Below are positions 45,501 to 55,800 of a stretch of DNA of 64,000 nucleotides, one piece after another. The notes under the pieces are model-generated. The model searched no databases and was not told the DNA's origin. It worked only from the letters and a program-made list of their open reading frames with translations. Made by a program: the position numbers and the translations under genes. Source of the DNA: a virus. The stretch lies in the IMG/VR virus record IMGVR_UViG_3300021197_001279, positions 22,005-86,004 of that record, one strand, 5' to 3'. Numbering within the stretch: position 1 is the first letter of the stretch; each line of letters starts with the position of its first letter.

Positions 45501-48500
45501 AAAAGTAGATGTGCCCATGTATCATCTGTGACTGTGGTTCCAGTAAATGTTGCCAGGTTTTGCCCACCTGCTGGGGCAGCGGAACCTGTGGCCTTAATTC
45601 TAACTCTCCAGGCACCAGCAGCTTGTCTATAGTCAATCCTAAATACTTCACTAGATGCTTTCCTGAGGGTTATTTGCCCAGAAGTTGAGGTATCACAGTC
45701 TGCTTTTGTCCAGAATGCCAAGCAAAATTTGTCAGCACCTGTTGATAGGTTTGCTGTTGCTTTATCGTTAGCATCTTGAGCCATTAACAAGGATGTGGTG
45801 TTTTGATATGCATAGGTCTCATAGTTTGGAGCGTGACCAAACTGCCAGTTGTATGTTAATTCGTTAATCCCTCTAATAGAGCCTTCTGTGCTGTCGTGCC
45901 TATCAAGCAGACCGATTCTGTTCTGAAGCTTGTTTCTCTCTAGAATGTGAGACTCTACAACATTTGATGCTGCCTCGCCGAACCTAACAGATGCAGGATA
46001 CAATTGAGATATCATAGCAGAAACAGAAGAGTCTATCCACTTATAATAATTGGTAAATGTTTCAAAGTCAATGTCTGCTGTTACCCTGTTAAAAAACAAT
46101 TCTCTGGCTTTGTCTAGGCGTTTGTAATTTTGCCTATATCTATCTTCTGGCCTTCCAATTAAATTGGCAAACTCTTGAATTGTAGAAAATGTCTCAAGCA
46201 TCTTCTCAGATACAATTGCATTCATGCTCTTTTCTAGGAGATAAAAGTTATCAGATACATCATCATCTTTAATAAAGTTTATCTCTCTATCGCCCTTGAT
46301 AAAAACGTTATCATTGGTATACGAGATTTCAGGTAATTCTTTCTTAAGTGCAAATACAAATCTATTATCAACAAAGGCAGTTTTTGATGCGCCGAAACTC
46401 CTTCCTCTACCCTTGTGTTCTCTTCGAATAATCGTATCTGGCCAGCCGTAAATTGTATCGATAGAACCAGAGGTTATATCATCAACTACAAAATCACCAG
46501 AGGCATCGGAACCGGTTACTGTATCGAAATCCCAGTTTAATATTTTGAGATCCTGGCTTGGGATGTGCTTGTTGGCTATCGTAAACATGTTGGATGTTTG
46601 GAAAGATTCTTGGTTCCCAAAATTACTAGCATCTTTGTTATGTGATTTAATTGCCTCGTTTGGAAGAAAATCTAGCCATGCTCGACATCCACCGACCATA
46701 ATATCAGACTGTTGTTGAGCAGATCCAGTAAAGTTTTCTAATTCAGCACCAACGTAAATTCTTTTTGGGTTTGTTAAGAATGCTGACCCTGAAGCATTAT
46801 TAATTGATGCTGTAAGGCTGATCTCGTAAATTAACTCATCTAAATTGTGATTTACGGCATAGAAATCAACTGTGTAATTTGGAGTTGTATTTGTTACATT
46901 ACCAGCGTAAGGGTATGTGTCTGGTTTTACCCGAACTGCTAAATTCCAGTGGGTATTATCATAAATGTTTTCAATGTAACTTGAGGTCAAATTGATAGAG
47001 CCGTCACGGCTTTTCATTTGAAACTTTGCTCTTTTTGACTCTAGTTCATCTCTCACGAGAAATACCTGAATAGATGCGGTCTCGGGAGTTACCCAGGTGT
47101 AGTCCTCGTGATCATCCGCTGCTTCATGGAAACCGAATAATGAAGATGTTGTGAAAGGAGTATAGAAAAATCCGTTATCCTGCTCTTCTTTTTTGTGAGG
47201 AACAATCATGTCCAATTCTACGGAGAACGCATTGTTCTTCTCGTTACCTGTTGCTCTAGAGCCGGTGATAAAGGTGTTAGTGTTTAGCGTTGAGCCGGTT
47301 TGATAAATCGTAGATGAAAAGTTGTCTAATGAATTAAAATTAATGTAATTTTTGCGTATTGATGTACTTTTTGATTTGTCCGTAAAATAATGTGTTCCCT
47401 GATCAGTATAAACATTAAGCTTAAGCAACTCATCATCAACACCAAAGCATCTAATCAAATTGCGGATTGATCTCTCGGTCCCTTTTGATTTATAGATTCC
47501 TTCAAGGTTATTGTATATATTTGTGTAGATTAGATTCTTGATCTCGTCAACATTCTTGTTAAACTTATTTGTGTTTTCATCGTATGATGTCAATGTTTCA
47601 AAAACATCAGAACTAACAAAAATATCACGGGTCATGAACCCTTTGTCATCAAGTACATTTTTCATGAAAGGGATTGCTTTAAAATTACCATCATTACTTT
47701 GTTGAACGTATTCTTTTGCTTTTAGGTTTGGCAGCGCTGTTATTTGAGCGTGTAGGGTGTCAAAGTAACTGGCTATGATTTGATTTAGATATTTGAGGTT
47801 TTCGTTATCATCCTCATCTTTCATCCATTGCGGCATAGAGTTGTAAATTGACCCACCGTATTCTTCATCGTAATTTGACCCCGAGGTTTCCATTTCAGAG
47901 ATTAAAGAAACAACATCAGGATGGGTAGAGTAAATGATTGGATCAGAGATCTCTGTCGTTGCAAAAGCTGAGCCTGTGTTTCTACCTTGTGTCCCGTCAG
48001 CACCATACCCTGTCCATGCACCATTTGCAATTCGACCCGAGTAATCTAAAATAATAGAGTCTGTTGCTGATGTTCCGGTTATACCCTCATTGAACTTAAA
48101 ATAAAGACCCAAGTCTTTTGTGGCATCATCTGTGTTTGCTCCTCCACCAACATTCTTAAAGTAGTTTAGGCCGACCTCTCTACCTGTCCTTTGAGTTTTC
48201 CAGAACCTAAACTCATCTAGAGAACCTGATAACTTACCATCACCTGATACTTCTGTTCCAGTTCCGTTAGAGGACGATGGAGCGGTAAGCAGCGCACCAA
48301 TTCGACCTTTGACTAATCCACCAATTTCAGAGACAGCTGCTCCGTGGTCTGTTGTTGTTGTCAAAGCACCATTTGTATAGAGGCGACTTTTAATAGATGT
48401 CACTGATTCGTTGAGAACAGTCACAGCGTAGTGATTAAAAGAACTCAAAGCTAGACTTGTACCAATAGTAGTTTGGAAGAAACCATTGGTTCCATTCTGA

Positions 48501-49195
48501 ATTGTTAAAATTAAGTCACTGTCGCTACCGCCGTTATCATCAAGTTCTAGAGTTAATCTACCATAATTAGCCGAACTTGAAATCTCACTGTTCCAAAGGT
48601 CAATAACTACTTCTTTGTCTGAGTTTGAGGCAAATGCTGTTTTTTGGAGATAGAACTCAAATGTTACACCAACATCAAAGTCTAAATTAAATGTTTTCTC
48701 TCGATTTTTTGTAGCATCATACTTAGAGTTTAAATCAAACGCTTTTGATAGGGGGTCCGTCGCTGTGAAGTCCGATGAAATGTGAAGACCACCGGCTATG
48801 TCAATAAATTCTTGATCTTTGTATCCGGACCCGTAACCTCTTGCAGTTTTACTAGTAGCCCCTGCTGATAGTCCGTGAATAATATACCCAGTCGTCTTGG
48901 GGTACTTTTTCTCAAACATCCATCGATCAAGGTAGGATGAAGATAGATGAAATTCTAATTTTTCTTTTTCTGAGCCATCGTAAGGATAATCATCATAGAT
49001 TCTCTCAATAGACTTGGAATAGTAAACCTCGGCCAAACCATACTTAACAAAATTTGAAGCACTGCCAAAATCAATCGGCGGAAGAAAGGTCTCCCTCTCT
49101 TTCGCAACGTTATCGGCAAACTTAGTTGATTCTACATCAGCGCTGCTGCTTTCATAACTTTTTATTGATTTCGAAAATAAATTTTTAATACTCAT
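42596..49195 (-). CDS. Large baseplate wedge-like protein with several LamG/ConA-like domains (2199 aa)
   Basis: IYKSKGTERSIRNLIRCFG (gp7/gpI-type wedge motif); LamG-like blocks (GSLDEFRFW; FDEITFF..L...QISELYN..HWRMGD; ISLWVK..WNNY). Confidence 0.7.
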   Translation of the reverse strand: MSIKNLFSKSIKSYESSSADVESTKFADNVAKERETFLPPIDFGSASNFVKYGLAEVYYSKSIERIYDDYPYDGSEKEKLEFHLSSSYLDRWMFEKKYPKTTGYIIHGLSAGATSKTARGYGSGYKDQEFIDIAGGLHISSDFTATDPLSKAFDLNSKYDATKNREKTFNLDFDVGVTFEFYLQKTAFASNSDKEVVIDLWNSEISSSANYGRLTLELDDNGGSDSDLILTIQNGTNGFFQTTIGTSLALSSFNHYAVTVLNESVTSIKSRLYTNGALTTTTDHGAAVSEIGGLVKGRIGALLTAPSSSNGTGTEVSGDGKLSGSLDEFRFWKTQRTGREVGLNYFKNVGGGANTDDATKDLGLYFKFNEGITGTSATDSIILDYSGRIANGAWTGYGADGTQGRNTGSAFATTEISDPIIYSTHPDVVSLISEMETSGSNYDEEYGGSIYNSMPQWMKDEDDNENLKYLNQIIASYFDTLHAQITALPNLKAKEYVQQSNDGNFKAIPFMKNVLDDKGFMTRDIFVSSDVFETLTSYDENTNKFNKNVDEIKNLIYTNIYNNLEGIYKSKGTERSIRNLIRCFGVDDELLKLNVYTDQGTHYFTDKSKSTSIRKNYINFNSLDNFSSTIYQTGSTLNTNTFITGSRATGNEKNNAFSVELDMIVPHKKEEQDNGFFYTPFTTSSLFGFHEAADDHEDYTWVTPETASIQVFLVRDELESKRAKFQMKSRDGSINLTSSYIENIYDNTHWNLAVRVKPDTYPYAGNVTNTTPNYTVDFYAVNHNLDELIYEISLTASINNASGSAFLTNPKRIYVGAELENFTGSAQQQSDIMVGGCRAWLDFLPNEAIKSHNKDASNFGNQESFQTSNMFTIANKHIPSQDLKILNWDFDTVTGSDASGDFVVDDITSGSIDTIYGWPDTIIRREHKGRGRSFGASKTAFVDNRFVFALKKELPEISYTNDNVFIKGDREINFIKDDDVSDNFYLLEKSMNAIVSEKMLETFSTIQEFANLIGRPEDRYRQNYKRLDKARELFFNRVTADIDFETFTNYYKWIDSSVSAMISQLYPASVRFGEAASNVVESHILERNKLQNRIGLLDRHDSTEGSIRGINELTYNWQFGHAPNYETYAYQNTTSLLMAQDANDKATANLSTGADKFCLAFWTKADCDTSTSGQITLRKASSEVFRIDYRQAAGAWRVRIKATGSAAPAGGQNLATFTGTTVTDDTWAHLLFKVEDSVSSIIHTASSGDPTSNLKLFINGTEAVVSSPGSDNTNTSAFLIEGAVDRVELASNSSYDTEFDEITFFTGSLTNSQISELYNSGKYFDPTSDAFSDNNSVVAHWRMGDTPGDTNALIQDVVSGQNFVINPNSSVSLTNDVFDQGQFVQNRENVNCLWMKEREERSDIADREIIRQVLVNQTNQTSSNLAQPDKTIYQGSTYARRKLSRPYAISIGFNNSIHGGTNYSLQKNRNFVREVTTPHGGEFASGAPKNVFGIGLGTGQGIQEKQKCDDVLNPNLLYKFNAECIVGRSSDEQGTAPLSPLADAEFKLKSEHYWPFNIVSGSITTGYNKRVDDEFRNNVVFTNIHADTIDITNEVPMQGPFTNQWVGGNQARHVDLNRRDTTLVTEGGGATVNNLDDQYSRPEAWRLLIGEHSTVSNRDGAVGFVGPDYGGPYPNITRQHAIYFREEKAKRPINVKNIQTTTASANVGNYFHSYEFLNSFGNNKRHFVKSAGFALPAELSAFPETTQVLSYTDKSTDFQVPEETITGSKNIITTRFSAPGGPQVNTRGYLDIATGEKSVYNSINFRNLTVRGSGSGEPTETRVNDQLNERRGLRTLLNTHSGKFGADPTFGSVVSATYVTQPAFHKQHRNTMVRVEQQDRKARAVHRGDEVKPTLLSNFGVDFTRSPAISLWVKLDDASPANRYLMSEQNKIIVQILSSTEVGLIIYQDAGNHRSFVYTIPGGHVHTNWNNYIIDFKTFGSDPEVRINNVKLSKASGPTDSGSPSAYNSNTTEFNMMGLDFADVLFNGAISNFMVFERTDATALDTAKIFADTDGTTSGMGSLTQFFPLGETDYTKRDKINDAVPEGFAFKATQGSLSTSATLTTAANTGTTDFDIAEGFYDVYDAEVEAQFHNTALITSLVPASDFQYSWINNSVSGSANWREDQKIYGYAPRNGIVSSSVGFTEAIVFPSSSALFGE

Positions 49196-50675
49196 TCTTA
49201 ACTACTCTGAACTTATATGAGAAAGGCTGCTCTTCGTAAGTACTTACGTCTGGGTCGTAAACCGAAAGCTTCACTTCATAAATGTAATTAGGTTCGAGAA
49301 TAGAAGTGTCTAGGTCAAAGTAACTACCCGACACGTCATAAGAAAGTCTAGTGTGATTCGTTGATCCTGTTCCGTATGGTATAACCACGCGGTCATCGAC
49401 AGTTCTACAAATTTGATAAGATGCACTAGGGAACACCAAAGAATCAGGAATAGTGCTTGCTACATTGTAAATGTTTGGAGACCAGTTCTTTGTTCTAGCA
49501 TAAACTCTAATTCTGTGTGTCTGATCACAGGCATAAGAATTATTTCTGTTACTAACAGAGAAAACATATTTTTCAGTCTCAGAATAGGAGTATGCTGCGA
49601 GAGTCTTTGGGCTTATTGTTCCAGTGTGAAATTGATTTGCGGTATCTCCTGCTCCGGCTGCGGAATCTGCCAATTTAAACCAAACATCATTTACTGTTGT
49701 CAAATCTGCTGATCCTGTAAAGGCCACAGAAGCAGAGTAAATCCCGGTAGATACAATACCACCAGTGACTGCTAATTGACTAGCGGCTCTAACGTGTGTG
49801 CCGTCGGCCACCAAAATTAACTCATCACCAGTTGGCGCATCTGCTGAACTGGAAAACAGACTTAATCCAATCTTGCCATCTGTCAATGACGGTATGTTTC
49901 TAAGCCTACCTCTAACATAATTGTATAAATACAAAGTGTTTAGGTTATCCTCTCCAGTGGCTAAAGATGATGAGAGATAAAATTGCCCTCTGTCATCTTG
50001 CTTAGAATCGTCAAATCTTGCTTCAAGCACTGGTCGGCTAAAGTAGAACTCAGTTGATCTAGCAAAAAATTTCTTTGTAAAGAAAGACTCAGGGGCACTC
50101 TCTAAAGATGAAGACATCCTAATCATCATTCCATAGTTTGTTTTTGATCCCGCAATCCACTGGTCAACAAGCGTTGTAACATCGACCTCCAGGTCCTCAT
50201 CTCCCACAGGAAAATTAGCAGTAAAAATTGGACTAGCATGTGTAGAACCTCCTTGTGTGCCCCAGCTTGTGGAGCCTTTTCTTCTGATCCAGTTTGAACC
50301 TGTTATATCATAAGTCAGGTCTGTGTAGTTATCCATATCCAGGCCTCGGCCCTCTTCCCACTCAGCAGAAAGCGCTAAGATTTCCATGGTGTAATCTCTC
50401 GGCAAAGTGAAAGGGTGTTTTGCATTATACATCTTTAGGAAATATTTTGTCCCAGTTGGATTACTATCAGCGGTGATTTCACTTAGATCAAACTCAATAA
50501 TCCCTCGCGACTTTTCAGTAGAAAGGCCGCTAGAGTTAGAAACTTGAGCGTAAATTGTAAAAACCTCAATTATGTCTGCTTGGCCCATGTTAGAACCAGT
50601 ACCGCGAATCGTGAGTGAACGGTCAAAGGCATTTGTAATTGTATTATCTTTTAGTGCGAAATATCTTTTAATCAT
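49185..50675 (-). CDS. DNRLRE-like domain virion protein
   Basis: KDNTI...SRGIIEFDLS...WEEG.G...VDVTTLVDQWI.G..NYG...RPVLE. Confidence 0.65.
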   Translation of the reverse strand: MIKRYFALKDNTITNAFDRSLTIRGTGSNMGQADIIEVFTIYAQVSNSSGLSTEKSRGIIEFDLSEITADSNPTGTKYFLKMYNAKHPFTLPRDYTMEILALSAEWEEGRGLDMDNYTDLTYDITGSNWIRRKGSTSWGTQGGSTHASPIFTANFPVGDEDLEVDVTTLVDQWIAGSKTNYGMMIRMSSSLESAPESFFTKKFFARSTEFYFSRPVLEARFDDSKQDDRGQFYLSSSLATGEDNLNTLYLYNYVRGRLRNIPSLTDGKIGLSLFSSSADAPTGDELILVADGTHVRAASQLAVTGGIVSTGIYSASVAFTGSADLTTVNDVWFKLADSAAGAGDTANQFHTGTISPKTLAAYSYSETEKYVFSVSNRNNSYACDQTHRIRVYARTKNWSPNIYNVASTIPDSLVFPSASYQICRTVDDRVVIPYGTGSTNHTRLSYDVSGSYFDLDTSILEPNYIYEVKLSVYDPDVSTYEEQPFSYKFRVVKNEY

Positions 50676-52474
50676 CTGATAATTGTCCCTTTAATGTCTC
50701 GGTCAGGAAACTTAAGTTCCATAATGACGTTTTTTGGTGCCTTAATAAAAGAGCCGTCTCTAGACATCATATCATCTAGATTAACTCTGTTACTCGAATA
50801 GGAGGAGCCAGAGCGTTGTAGAATCTTGAGGTGTCTAACTTCTGCCACCCCATCTACTTTACCAAGTAAAGAGTAAAGCCTATTAATGTATACAGGTTCA
50901 CCAATGTACAACTTATCTTCAAAGTATTCTTGAAGTTTGCGTATTGACCTACTCAAAACATCTGTATCTGTGAAGCGACTGTCTATTCTTAGCTTAAATT
51001 CAATTCCAAAATTCACAATTTTAGCATCAAAAATGTCAATCACGTCATTCATTGATTTGTAATGAGTGATCCAGTTTTTAAGGTTTGTCTTAACCTTTTG
51101 ATTAACATCCTGAAGTTGACCATCTGAGTTCAGTCCAGTTACATAAAGCGCCATTCTTCTATTGGTCGCACTTGGGTCGTTAACAATAGATGCCCTTTTG
51201 ATCTCTCCAAACTTCTTTGGCATGTTGTATACCGCAGACTCGTAGTCTTGCCTAGTAACTGCTCTGTTTTGCATTGCATAGTAAGCCTTTGCTCTTTCTT
51301 TAATCTCTTCGTTTGTAATTGTAGATGCATCACCAGATACAGGCTCTTCATTTGTTACCTCTAAGGACCCAACAACTCCATCGATCAATACTTGTGATAG
51401 ATCTTGCGGATCTTCAAATTCAATAAATCTGCTGGTGACATTTTGAATAGTGTTCGCCCCAGCATTAACAGAATCTGTTGTGTTAACTTTAAACACAATT
51501 GTTAACTCTGTACCCTGCGGTGCTAATCCTAATTTAGATGTACCCACTAGTTGTGTTGGGTCAAAGCTAAGGTCTGTTACCTGTCTTTGACCATGCATAC
51601 GCAAGAAAACTTTGGCTGGGTCTATTAAGCCGTCTGGTTCATCATTTTCATCTCCAAAACCAAACTGAATGTATGTTCCCGTGTCGTCTTGTTCCATAAC
51701 GAATCTTCTGGCGGCAATAAATGGCTTAAGAATGCTGCGAACGCCATCAGCGGCAGCATCTTTGTTGGTTGTTTCGTTAAACACAACCTCTTGCGTTAAG
51801 TTCTCCACCTGATAGTACTCGTTTCCATCAGTGTCAACCACAGAAATAATTTCAGAAACATTATCGCCACCCACTCGTATTCTTCTAAATTTTTCAAAGT
51901 TTGCATTCGTCAGGTTAGCTGTTGCTCTCTGGAAGATTCCGGACGTAATTTGTCCGTAAGCACGAACTGCGAAGAATGTTGTTGCACCTGTTGAGTCATT
52001 AAATCTTGCGGCCACAACTTCATTGTCCGCATCATCAAACCTAACATCTTCAGTTAAAACATAACTTGCACCGGCAGAGGACTCAAATGTTGTACCTCTT
52101 TTGATAATTGGCAAATAGGCTGTGTCCGGTGCTGTACCATCACTAACAGCCGGAACAAGTACATACATCGCAACGGTGCCGTATGAACTAGGGGTTCCGG
52201 AAAACCTATATCCAAGTGATCTAGCATGCTTTCTTACGTTCTTTCGCTCAAGCGCTGTGTCAAGGAAGGACTCGTTAACACTATAGTCCAGATAGAATGA
52301 CAGAACATCACCCACATAAGCAACTTGGTCCATAAGTAGAGAATTAACTGTACCAACAGAAAAGTCCTTACTTGTTTCTGGGTAAAATCTTTTTGCGTGT
52401 TCTACCAAATCTTCCTTGATCGTAGAGAAGTCTCTAGAGGTGTATTTGATAGGAGTGTTTTTTGTTTTTGGCAT
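50672..52474 (-). CDS. Baseplate wedge subunit (T4 gp6 / baseplate J-like)
   Basis: YTSRDFSTIK, AYVGDVLSFYLD...NESFLDTA, ARSLGY, IQFG.G, QNRAVTRQDY. Confidence 0.88.
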   Translation of the reverse strand: MPKTKNTPIKYTSRDFSTIKEDLVEHAKRFYPETSKDFSVGTVNSLLMDQVAYVGDVLSFYLDYSVNESFLDTALERKNVRKHARSLGYRFSGTPSSYGTVAMYVLVPAVSDGTAPDTAYLPIIKRGTTFESSAGASYVLTEDVRFDDADNEVVAARFNDSTGATTFFAVRAYGQITSGIFQRATANLTNANFEKFRRIRVGGDNVSEIISVVDTDGNEYYQVENLTQEVVFNETTNKDAAADGVRSILKPFIAARRFVMEQDDTGTYIQFGFGDENDEPDGLIDPAKVFLRMHGQRQVTDLSFDPTQLVGTSKLGLAPQGTELTIVFKVNTTDSVNAGANTIQNVTSRFIEFEDPQDLSQVLIDGVVGSLEVTNEEPVSGDASTITNEEIKERAKAYYAMQNRAVTRQDYESAVYNMPKKFGEIKRASIVNDPSATNRRMALYVTGLNSDGQLQDVNQKVKTNLKNWITHYKSMNDVIDIFDAKIVNFGIEFKLRIDSRFTDTDVLSRSIRKLQEYFEDKLYIGEPVYINRLYSLLGKVDGVAEVRHLKILQRSGSSYSSNRVNLDDMMSRDGSFIKAPKNVIMELKFPDRDIKGTIIR

Positions 52475-52496
52475 ATTAAAGGGTACTCCTAAAACT

Positions 52497-52503
52497 TAAA
52501 TAG
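52497..52503 (-). promoter_or_regulatory. Putative late promoter CTATTTA
   Basis: In a 44-nt gap, followed by TAGGAG. Confidence 0.65.
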
Positions 52504-52518
52504 TTTTTTGAACAAAAG

Positions 52519-52887
52519 TTATGCTGCTGTCGTAGTTAATTCAAAGTATTGCACTTCTGATGTTTGATCAATCCTATATTGTATTCTAATGTTCATAGAC
52601 ATCTCTTCAAAACTAATATCAGTACTAAGAATTGTTAAGTAGGGCAAGAATCTTCTTGCTTGGCTTAAAATGTTAGCTTTCGCGGCCTCTTCGGTGTTTG
52701 GGTTTCCAAACTCAAATAGATACTGCTGTATGTTTACGCCAAAATCTGGGTATTCAAAAAATGTTCCGGGAACTGTCAGCATCATAAATTTTAAATTCTG
52801 GTCGATTGCATCACTTGTTTGATCGTCGGCAAACTGTAAGAAGCCTGTTCTGTCTATTACTAACGGAAACTGTATACTAATTGGCAT
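52519..52887 (-). CDS. Baseplate gp25-like (GPW/gp25) protein
   Basis: IDQNLKFMMLTVPG....PDFGVNIQQYLFE...RFLPYLTI. Confidence 0.8.
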   Translation of the reverse strand: MPISIQFPLVIDRTGFLQFADDQTSDAIDQNLKFMMLTVPGTFFEYPDFGVNIQQYLFEFGNPNTEEAAKANILSQARRFLPYLTILSTDISFEEMSMNIRIQYRIDQTSEVQYFELTTTAA

Positions 52888-52889
52888 GA

Positions 52890-55800
52890 TTAATCCTTGT
52901 CAAATAAACTCTGGAATGCGTTTTTGCAATCTTTACCATCCGCATCAAATGGTTTCTCACTAACAATTCTTCTACGTTGCCACCAAGAAATACTACTATC
53001 CAAATTTAAATACAGTTGAGGTGCAATATTTTCTAAAAATTTACGAGAAGAATCTCTAGATCGTTCTTGACTATCTTGCGGATCGTCGTCATCTGATCGG
53101 TAAACTGAGTTAAACAATTTCCTAGCGATGTCCTTTGAGTCATTGAAAACAAAGCCTTTCCATAAGTCAGCGCCTAAACCAAGTCCCAATAGACCGGCAT
53201 CGTTCTTTTCGCTTGGGTCTCTACCAATTGATTCAAAAAATCCATAGTAAGAATAGATACCAAACACAGACACATAAGATTTAAGAGGGAAACAGTAGTC
53301 AATAAGAACTTGATACTCTTCTGTCTGCACAAGCTTGTCTATGTAGCACTTGAGTTCTTCTCCCATGTTCTCGTCTTCATAATTTATCTCTTTTATCTTC
53401 TTGTCGAAAACATCCTGCTCAAAAGATGCAATAGGTATTGTTCGAGAAGTAAGTGCCCAAGGTCGTGGTTCTTCTTCTCCCTCTATCAGGATTGAAGCAG
53501 GTTTGTGAAAAAATGCTCGGTTTGTCTCTGCGTTTAAATCTGTCAGGTCATAAGAGAAAGCAGATGGAGGGCAATACATTAATCTCACGCCAAATTGAAC
53601 CCCTAATGAACCAACAAGTATCCTATCATCGCTGATTAAATCTAGGTTGCCAAAATAATCTGAAAGCTTTAAACTCTCGTCATAAACAGCCCTGTCGCTA
53701 AGTAACTCTTGGAATTCTCTAATGTTATATACCTGCTCGGCACCATCTTTATCAGTAGCCCTCACATATCTCTCTAGGTAAAATACACCTTTTTTATTTA
53801 AGTCTTGGAACTCCTCTGATGTCATCTCGAGATTGTCAAATACATTCTCTTCTAAAACGTTCCTTGGAACATCAAAAATTGAGCCATACTCAAGCCCAGA
53901 GGCACCACCAGCCACAGGAGCCTCAATTCTGCTCTCTCCCGCTCTTAAAGTTGAACCCCTTACGATACCATTCCTTGACAGCAGATACTTGTTTATGTCG
54001 TACACATGAGGTCGTGGGCGCATGTTGAAGTTAAGCTTGTTGGACAAGATAGTCATTTCTGTCTTTACAATTTCTCGCAAGAATATTTTGGCGGCATCTC
54101 GTGCTTTCCAAATGGTATTTATCTTATTTGCTAATCCAAGTCGGAACGGAGTAAGGGCTATCACTCCGAGACCTGTCCAGATACCAGCCACAGCAGTTAA
54201 ACTAAGCTTGAGCGGGTTATTAGCCTCTTCTTGCCAGTTTTCTCCGTAAGCGATGATTGCAGATCCTGTCGCTATGTCGTTAGCAGCTTGTTCGAAATCC
54301 TGAGTTACAGACTTAAATTCAGACTTGAATCTATCTATTTCCTCTTTGGCCTCTCTAAGTGCAGGGGTCATTTCGATCATACCATCCAACACCATTCTTT
54401 CAACTGCCTGAACTGCTTGCTCTAAAAACAACAACCAATAAGTATAACCCTGTATCACATTGAACAACTTTGTTTGGTCCACGAGACCTTCTTGCATCTC
54501 ATTTACCAAAACATCAACAAACATATCCTCAATGTTTCTATCGGTCATTTCAATACTACCAAATGCTGGAAGGGTTTTGAGAATAAATTCAGTAACGTAA
54601 ACCCGCACAGTAGAAATTACAACACCGTCCATTAAGCCATGGTTGATTGGACTAAACTGTCTATCGAATGGCAACTCAACGCGACACTCAGGGGACAACT
54701 CTAGGCGCTTATCAAAGGGCAGGTTGTCCTCAATCTGCTTTACTCGGTTTGTGACCTGGGCAAGGTCCAAGAAATTAGTCGTGTCCTCATCGCAGCTTGA
54801 AATTTCTGGGATAAATGTTCTAACCAAACCGAGCCAACCATTGTATGTTGCAGGTTCGATGTAAATCTTTGGCCTCTTAAATGAGCCACCATGCAAAGCA
54901 GGGTCCAGAAAATGAACTCGTGGATTCTCTGTGGCGCTTTTACCTAACTTCCTATCTTCTTCCTCAAAAGTATATTCCCAGGTACCAGGATTGTCTGGGT
55001 TTGCATCCGGATTTACATAAATCAGGTCTTTAAACTCAATCTTTTGATCTATGTCATAACCAAATTTGTATCCTACAGGAAGGTTTCCTTCCGGATCATT
55101 TAGAACTGAACTCTTTACAAATTCAAAGATTTCTTGATTAATCGCCTCGTAAACATTTTCGCTCTCTACGTTATCGATTTCTACGGGCCTGTCGAGGGCA
55201 CGTTTTAGTAAATTTTCAAAAACTTGAACGTATGCCTTAGGTTGGTCCGCTAAGGGGAACTCTATGCCCTCTAAAAAGGATTCATCATGGGTAAATGGCT
55301 TAAAGTACACCAAATCGTCTTTATCAACAACAGGTGCGTTACTAAACAGATCCCCTAAGTCTTGATCTGGCCTGAAAGAAAGAAATGTCTCTGTCGTATT
55401 CACATTAAACTGGTTGCCTAATCTGCCTCTTCTCGAGATAATCATTCTAAGTGTGTAATCAGCATCTTCATCACCAGCAGCATTTGTAAAGGAAGAGTCG
55501 ATAACCATACGACCGTCATCTGCTAATTTCGGTGCAGGGACGTTACTTTCCATTTGTTTTCTCAAATGTATACCAACCGTATCGGGGAATTGACCCTTTG
55601 CTTTATCAGGTTCTGACATAATAAAGTCGTTAGCATAAAGAATAGAGCCATTTTCTTTCCGGAACTGCCAGTCCTCGTCTGAGTTAACATAATTCGGGAA
55701 CAAAATAGGAGTATTAGCGAACAATTCGTGTAACTTAAGTGAGTTATCAGCAGTGTCTCGCAATATACTTACCAAGACAGAAGTGAAGTCGCCAATTAAA

